A stretch of DNA of 54,812 nt from positions 1 to 54,812 of the forward strand of contig JBHLME010000011.1 in assembly GCA_048938445.1 (NCBI GenBank). Reading direction: 5' to 3'. Origin of the DNA: Promethearchaeota archaeon (GTDB taxonomy: Archaea > Asgardarchaeota > Lokiarchaeia > Sigyniarchaeales > SOKP01). Positions 49,024-54,812 of the stretch are shown piece by piece; within the stretch, counting starts at the first letter, position 1; the number at the start of each line of letters is the position of its first letter. Both the position numbers and the translations under genes were made by a program. The notes under the pieces were generated by a model, which was not told the DNA's origin, made no database searches, and was given only the letters and a program-made list of their open reading frames with translations.

Positions 49024-50553
49024 ATGTTAAATGGTAAAGAATTAGGTGTTGTATTAACTCCAAAATCAACAGTCGATTATATCATCTCTAGATTAGGAGA
49101 TATCAAAAAGGATGAGGTAATTTTAGATCCTTGTGTTGGTCCTGGAGCATTTATTAAAGGTTTATTGAAAGCGGGAGTTAAGAGCGACCAAATATTTTCA
49201 TTTGACATAAATTCAGAGTATAAAGAAAAAATTGAAAAGTTGAATGTATCTTTTAAAACTCAAGACACTCTATTATCATTAACAAGTGATTCTTACAACC
49301 AATTTGATTATATTATAGGAAATCCACCATACTTGAATAAAGCTAGTAAATATATTAGAAATAATCGAATTCAATTGAAAAAAGTATATGGAAAAATAAA
49401 TGCTCATGAAACATATGCAATGTTTTTGGTAAATGGAATCTTGAGATTGAAAGAAGGTGGGAAACTAGGATTTATCACAAGTGATTCCTTTCTAACTTTG
49501 AGGACACACGCAAAATTAAGAAGATTCATTTTAGATAATTGTAAAATCGACGAAATCATACTTGCTCCAAGAAATTTATTTGAAAATCAAAACGTAAGCA
49601 CTAGTCCTGCAATAATTATTTTAACAAAATGTTCTGGAAAAAAAAATAAAGATAAAAGAAAAAATAATATAATGAGAATTATTCCAAGACTTAAGAGTGA
49701 ACAGGAATATCAAAATCCTAAAACAATTCATGAAATTAAACAAAAGCAGTATGAATTATTACCATTTAATCTTTTTTTTATAGATGTAGATGAAGAAGTA
49801 ATTAAATTCTTTAAAAGAGCTTCAAATTTAGAAAAATACCTGAAAGGGTTTATAGGAATGCATACACATGATAATTTAAAATACATCGCAGCTATAGAGG
49901 AAACAGAACTAGCAAGCATTTTCAAGAAAAAAAATCAGCGCATTCAAGTAAATCGTAAAAAATATAAAATTATTTCCAAAAAACAATTCAATTCAGGGAA
50001 TTGGAAACCTTATCTCAAAAGAGGAGGGGATGACCAATACTATAGACCTATCATGGAAGCATTAGATTGGAATGATGATTCAATTACTAATTATGACATT
50101 CCGAGTAATGTACCTTTTGAAGAAAAAGGAATTGTAATAAGTGGGATTAGTTCTAGATTGGCTGCTCGTTACATGCCAAATGGATGTTATTGGGATTCAA
50201 ATAAAGCGATAGGATTTATTTTAAAGGATAACTCGATTTCAATTGAATACATGTTAGGTCTTTTGAATAGTTCTTTTTATAACTATCTAGCTAAAGGTAT
50301 TATTAATAATACAAACAGCATTCAAATAACTGGCATTCATGCTCTTCCTTTTATTCCACCAGAACGAGATTTTAAAGAAAAAATAGAAAAGATCGTGAAG
50401 AAAATTATTTTAAAAAAAAAGACGGATATAAATTATGACTATAGTCAAGAACAAAGGCAAATTGATGATCTCATTTTCAATTATCATGCAAAAATATTTA
50501 ATCTTAGAAGAAGATTAAAAACGAAAATAGATGAAAAATATTGTATTTATTAA
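49024..50553 (+). CDS. N6-adenine DNA methyltransferase, TaqI/Eco57I-like with C-terminal target recognition domain (orphan)
   Basis: TPK, LDPCVGPGAF, IGNPPY, LKEGGKLGFIT, KRGG and LGLLNS. Confidence 0.85.
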   Translation: MLNGKELGVVLTPKSTVDYIISRLGDIKKDEVILDPCVGPGAFIKGLLKAGVKSDQIFSFDINSEYKEKIEKLNVSFKTQDTLLSLTSDSYNQFDYIIGNPPYLNKASKYIRNNRIQLKKVYGKINAHETYAMFLVNGILRLKEGGKLGFITSDSFLTLRTHAKLRRFILDNCKIDEIILAPRNLFENQNVSTSPAIIILTKCSGKKNKDKRKNNIMRIIPRLKSEQEYQNPKTIHEIKQKQYELLPFNLFFIDVDEEVIKFFKRASNLEKYLKGFIGMHTHDNLKYIAAIEETELASIFKKKNQRIQVNRKKYKIISKKQFNSGNWKPYLKRGGDDQYYRPIMEALDWNDDSITNYDIPSNVPFEEKGIVISGISSRLAARYMPNGCYWDSNKAIGFILKDNSISIEYMLGLLNSSFYNYLAKGIINNTNSIQITGIHALPFIPPERDFKEKIEKIVKKIILKKKTDINYDYSQEQRQIDDLIFNYHAKIFNLRRRLKTKIDEKYCIY

Positions 50554-50586
50554 GAATAACTTTATCATTATACAAAAACCTTTCAC

Positions 50587-51444
50587 ATGTCAGGAATAGA
50601 ACGTATTTTGAAACTCAAGGAAGAAAAAAAACCAATTTTATCATTAGAACATTTACCATATCTTTTTGAAGTAATAACTAATTTTTTAAAAGCCAATAAT
50701 AAATCTCATTTCTTAAGTAACGAAGAACTTTTAATAATGATAGAAATTAAAGAAAGTAAATATCCATATTTTTTGAAGATTAGTGATGAATTTATGGATT
50801 TCGGATCGGGAAAAATAGAATCAGCAAACATCATCATAATAATTGACCTTAAAACAATTTCAGATTTAATTTTTGGCAGGTTAGAAGCTATTATTGCCAT
50901 TTTTTCTGAAAAAATTAAATTTATTGGTGATCTATACAAATTGCTTTCTTATTTGGAAATTTTTTATTCAAGTCTTGATTATTCTAATATTCTTAAAAAG
51001 GAAGAAAGGTCCATTCCAATAGAAATCAAAGAAATGAAAGAGCTGCTGGAAGTATATTATATTGGATCTTCAATAGGAGAACCCTATCATATATCATCTT
51101 TCCTGACTTTGCTTTCCTTATTTGCAAACCATTGCCATCATGGTCAAGAACAAATTTCAGGAAAAGATGTAATTATATGCTTAAATATTACCGATGTAGG
51201 AGATTATACGATAAAAATATTTAATAATAAACTAACGTGGGAGCATGGAACTCCAAAAAAATTAACACTTAAAATTGTATCTAATTTATCAGATTTTATA
51301 GATGTCATCATCAATGGGGACACTGTTACGTCATATATGGCGGGTAATTTAAAACTTGAAGGAGAAAATGCTATTCCTGATAGCATGTTTTTTCAGGAAT
51401 TAACTGAAAAATATTTAGATTTTTTTGGACTGGGAAAATTTTAA
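50587..51444 (+). CDS. Tandem SCP2 (sterol carrier protein 2-like) lipid-binding domain protein
   Basis: Two repeats: AIIAIFSEKIKFIGD and VTSYMAGNLKLEG. Confidence 0.65.
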   Translation: MSGIERILKLKEEKKPILSLEHLPYLFEVITNFLKANNKSHFLSNEELLIMIEIKESKYPYFLKISDEFMDFGSGKIESANIIIIIDLKTISDLIFGRLEAIIAIFSEKIKFIGDLYKLLSYLEIFYSSLDYSNILKKEERSIPIEIKEMKELLEVYYIGSSIGEPYHISSFLTLLSLFANHCHHGQEQISGKDVIICLNITDVGDYTIKIFNNKLTWEHGTPKKLTLKIVSNLSDFIDVIINGDTVTSYMAGNLKLEGENAIPDSMFFQELTEKYLDFFGLGKF

Positions 51445-51998
51445 TACAAAACAATTTTCTTTCCTAAAGTAAACGCGCTTTTTAAAATATTATCAAATTT
51501 TAATACATCTCCTTTATGATAAACTCCTGGAACTATAATACGTTCAATTAAAGGGATTTCTAAGTATCGAAAACTTTTTTCAAACATATCTATTAAAGGA
51601 GTTGCGGTTTCGTAATTTTTTTCTTCAAAGGGAATGACAATGATAGCTGACTTGCCCCTAATCTTTAATCTGTTTTCAGGACAGTTATAATAAACAAAAC
51701 GATCAAGAAAAGCTTTCATTAAAGCAGTTGGACCATACCAATAAACTGGAGTGCCGAATATAATAATATCACTTTCATTAATTTTTAGATAAATCTCATT
51801 CATATCATCATTCTTGCTGCAATCATTCCCTTTCCAACAAGAATGGCAACCATCACAGTCTTTAATTAATTTATCTATAAGAAAGATTATTTCTCCAGAA
51901 CCACCTGCTATTTTGACGCCTTCCATTATTTTTGACATAAGAATATGGGTATTTCCATCTTTACGAGGACTTCCCATTATTCCAAGAATTTTCTTCAT
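51441..51998 (-). CDS. Iron-sulfur flavoprotein / flavodoxin-like
   Basis: GSPRKDGNT, CDGCHSC..C, DDM, GTPVYW and KAFLDR. Confidence 0.88.
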   Translation of the reverse strand: MKKILGIMGSPRKDGNTHILMSKIMEGVKIAGGSGEIIFLIDKLIKDCDGCHSCWKGNDCSKNDDMNEIYLKINESDIIIFGTPVYWYGPTALMKAFLDRFVYYNCPENRLKIRGKSAIIVIPFEEKNYETATPLIDMFEKSFRYLEIPLIERIIVPGVYHKGDVLKFDNILKSAFTLGKKIVLY

Positions 51999-52100
51999 TA
52001 GTTAAAATTTGCTGAGATTTTTTTATGATATTACATTAAAATTGATAAAATATATTGCTTTAAATAATTTTTTCCATTCATTTTCGAGATTTCATTTACA

Positions 52101-53384
52101 ATGACCTTTAATATTCTACTAATTAATCCAAATACAATGAAATCACCACCAGTAGTTCCAATAGGTCTAGAATATTTAATGACGGCATTAAGAAAGAACG
52201 GATACAATGCTGAAATCTTAGATTTATGTTTTGCAGTATCTCCGGAAAAAGAGTTAAAGAAACACCTCCAAGAAAGTTCTTATGATATCATTGGAATCAC
52301 CATAAGAAATATAGATTCGAGTCTTTATTATAACAACGAATTTTACCTCCCAGCAATAAAAAAATTAATACAAGTGATCAAAAAATTTGATATACCAATT
52401 GTATTAGGAGGTTCAGGTTTTTCTGCCATGCCCAAAGAAATTTTAGATTACCTTGAAGGAGACTTTGGTATTATTGGACCAGGAGAAGTTATTTTTCCAG
52501 AATTTCTAAAAGCATGGACTTCAAAACAAATCAATAGTCGACTATTTGATGGTTGGCAACTTGGTTTGGATGGTGATCTAATTCATTTACGAGGTTCTAA
52601 TGTAAATTATTCTCAATACATGTCAAATGGTGGAATAGTTGGATTTCGAACTCACATAGGTTGCCAAAATCATTGTCCGTATTGTATTGAAGCAAATAAG
52701 AAAATAATCCCCGAAAAAATTTCGAATATTATTGCTGAATTAAGTTATATAGTTGATAAAGGTTTTAATCACTTTCATTTATGTGATAGTGAGTTTAACA
52801 ACGATTTAGTTCATTCCATTAATTTCTGTAAGGCGTTGAAGGAAAGTCAAATAGAATTAAAATGGACATTATACATGAAACCCACTCCTTTTAATGAAGA
52901 ACTTATTCGATTACTGAATGAGACCAATGCATATTTAATCACTCTAACAGTTGATAGTGACAAACACATTCAAGCGTTAAACAATTATTCTTATGATGAT
53001 CTGGCAGAATTCATTAGATTATGCAATAAATATGGAATCCAATTAGTCATCGACTTGTTAACTGGGTATCCTCATGAACCGTTTAACTCTACAAAAGATG
53101 TCATAAAGTTCTTTCAAAAACATAGACCCACAAGGGTGAGTGTAGGATATTATTATAGACTGGCGAAAAATACTCCTTTGACGAAATTAATAACAAAAGA
53201 AGTGGCATTTCATAACAAATTAACGCGTCCCATTTCAAATAATGAGAATTTCCTCAATCCCATTTTTTTCAGTCAATATTCTCAAAAAAGAATTGAAGAA
53301 TTAATTGCAGATGATGAGATATTTTCAATTGCAGGTTTAACTCCGGGAGTAAATTATCAATATTCTGAAGAGAAGATTGACTAA
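52101..53384 (+). CDS. Cobalamin-binding radical SAM protein
   Basis: PIGLEYL, GITIRNID, VLGGSGFS, GPGE, CQNHCPYC and DSEFN. Confidence 0.85.
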   Translation: MTFNILLINPNTMKSPPVVPIGLEYLMTALRKNGYNAEILDLCFAVSPEKELKKHLQESSYDIIGITIRNIDSSLYYNNEFYLPAIKKLIQVIKKFDIPIVLGGSGFSAMPKEILDYLEGDFGIIGPGEVIFPEFLKAWTSKQINSRLFDGWQLGLDGDLIHLRGSNVNYSQYMSNGGIVGFRTHIGCQNHCPYCIEANKKIIPEKISNIIAELSYIVDKGFNHFHLCDSEFNNDLVHSINFCKALKESQIELKWTLYMKPTPFNEELIRLLNETNAYLITLTVDSDKHIQALNNYSYDDLAEFIRLCNKYGIQLVIDLLTGYPHEPFNSTKDVIKFFQKHRPTRVSVGYYYRLAKNTPLTKLITKEVAFHNKLTRPISNNENFLNPIFFSQYSQKRIEELIADDEIFSIAGLTPGVNYQYSEEKID

Positions 53385-53541
53385 AAAACTATTTTTCTTA
53401 AGAACTCTATGAATTAAAATTCTTTTTATAATAAAACCTCATAAAATAAATGTTAAGAGGTTTTACATTAATAATTCATGATATCAAACCTTAAATTCTA
53501 TAAACCTTTTCTTTCTATGTAATTGAAGCAATAAAAACAAG

Positions 53542-54336
53542 GTGAGAGAAGAACTCTTGACATCAAAAATTATCTCATTTAGTGGAAAGGGAGGTGTAGG
53601 AAAGTCGACGCTCTTAATTATGTTATTGAAGCACGTGCTTGAAACCAAGAAGTATAAAAATATCCTTGTAATTGATGCAGATCCTGACGCTAATGTTGCA
53701 GACATAATCGGGGAGGAAATTCACTTTAATGAGACCATAGGAGGCAAAATGACCGTGCTTAAAGAGAAGATCACGAAGAGACAAATCCCTTTAGATGTTC
53801 CCAAGAATCAAATCATAGAAGCAGAAGTTTTTGATGCGATTATTGAAAGGGATGATTTTGATATCATTGAAATGGGAAGAAGTGAGGGATCTGGATGTTA
53901 TTGTAGCGTCAATAATACCTTAAAGCATGTTATTGATGTGCTTGCTAAAAATTATGACATAGTGCTTATAGATGCTCCCGCAGGTTTAGAATATTTTGCT
54001 AGGAAGACTGGCCAGGATGTAACTGATCTTGTTATTGTATCAGATGCTAGTAAGATGGGACTTCATACCATGGAACGGATAGTTGAAGTTAGTAAGGAAG
54101 TTGAACTCAATTTTCAGAATATTTGGATTCTTGGAAACAAGTTTCCAGAAGATTTTGAGCAAATTTTAAAAGAAAAAGTTGAAAAAATTACTGATAAACG
54201 AGTAAAAATTCTCGGAGTAGTACCTTACGATGAAGAAGTCAGTAAATTCAATTTAGTTGGAAAAAACCTCCTTGAAATCTCCAATAATGACTTATTATAT
54301 AGATCTGTTAGTGAACTATATAATAAAATTCTATAA
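53542..54336 (+). CDS. cooC: CooC/AcsF-like nickel-insertion ATPase
   Basis: GKGGVGKS, IDADPDAN, MGRSEGSGCYC and DAPAGLE. Confidence 0.82.
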   Translation: MREELLTSKIISFSGKGGVGKSTLLIMLLKHVLETKKYKNILVIDADPDANVADIIGEEIHFNETIGGKMTVLKEKITKRQIPLDVPKNQIIEAEVFDAIIERDDFDIIEMGRSEGSGCYCSVNNTLKHVIDVLAKNYDIVLIDAPAGLEYFARKTGQDVTDLVIVSDASKMGLHTMERIVEVSKEVELNFQNIWILGNKFPEDFEQILKEKVEKITDKRVKILGVVPYDEEVSKFNLVGKNLLEISNNDLLYRSVSELYNKIL

Positions 54337-54446
54337 TTGTAATTGATTACTCACTTTTATTCTCATTTATTACTATTTCACTAGAATCAAAAATAAAATA
54401 AGAATTTAACAATAAATCTTAAATGAGATTAAAAGAATAATAATTT

Positions 54447-54812
54447 TTAATAAACCCGACTACTTTTTTGTTGACTTTGATTATCTCCACGGTATGTAGG
54501 AACTATTTTAGAAGTAAAATCTTCCAAGGTATAGGGAAATTCACTTTCACTTCCTATCTTTCCGAGTTCAAGCATTATCGAACGTGCTAAAATCCAAAAA
54601 GCCAGTCCTAATGCTTTTTTACCTCTATTATTAGCAGGAATTGCCAGATCTATTCCAGTAAGCGTGTCATCTGTATCAATTAAGCTTACTACGGGTATTC
54701 TCGCAAGATGTGCTTCTTTTAATATTCCTTTATCTGCATGTGGATCTACGATAACAATAACAGCAGCATCTTTAATATAGGTTCCAATTAGCGGATTTGA
54801 AATACTTCCTGG
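54447..54812 (-). CDS. rps2: 30S ribosomal protein S2 (archaeal uS2), 5' end outside the window
   Basis: Manual translation: PGSISNP...DPHADKGILKEAHLARIPVVSLIDTD...DLAIPANNRGKKALGLAFWILAR...; TAA at 54447-54449. Confidence 0.92.
   Translation of the reverse strand, partial: PGSISNPLIGTYIKDAAVIVIVDPHADKGILKEAHLARIPVVSLIDTDDTLTGIDLAIPANNRGKKALGLAFWILARSIMLELGKIGSESEFPYTLEDFTSKIVPTYRGDNQSQQKSSRVY

Noticed and set aside
42025-50553. Restriction-modification, BREX or DISARM defence island
   Set aside because: No nuclease, helicase, ATPase or other partner gene; the intervening genes are housekeeping.
1-54812. CRISPR arrays, tRNA/rRNA genes, transposases and integrases
   Set aside because: I saw no regularly spaced repeats, GC-rich structured RNA segments or mobility ORFs; intergenic gaps are short and AT-rich. 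A covariance-model scan would be needed to exclude small ncRNAs.

Overview
AT-rich archaeal chromosomal segment, most likely from an Asgard archaeon (Lokiarchaeia/Promethearchaeota-like). That call is an inference from an archaeal-type uS2, archaeal ether-lipid and riboflavin genes, and a gelsolin-domain protein. From left to right it contains: a partial aldehyde:ferredoxin oxidoreductase; a joint F0/F420 + archaeal riboflavin cluster (arfC, cofG, cofH, ribB, ribC, ribH, arfA, arfB); acyl-CoA metabolism genes; methanopterin-biosynthesis-associated genes split by a cassette encoding an uncharacterised glycyl-radical enzyme, its activase, a tandem split-barrel protein and a TGA-interrupted MBL hydrolase; a feoB locus with two feoA genes sharing a palindromic operator; two membrane-anchored hydrolases (cutinase/chlorophyllase-like with a 13-Pro stalk, and TMEM62-like); larE; a duplicated PadR/zinc-ribbon + HAAS-type membrane-protein array with a shared 14-bp-periodic operator; a gelsolin + PH-like fusion; an ether-lipid operon flanked by two orphan DNA methyltransferases and an orphan CheB; and tandem-SCP2, B12 radical SAM, CooC-like and partial rps2 genes. 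At least two genes appear to need non-canonical ATA/ATT start codons. I saw no rRNA, tRNA, CRISPR array or transposase. All family calls come from motif recognition by eye; no database searches were run.
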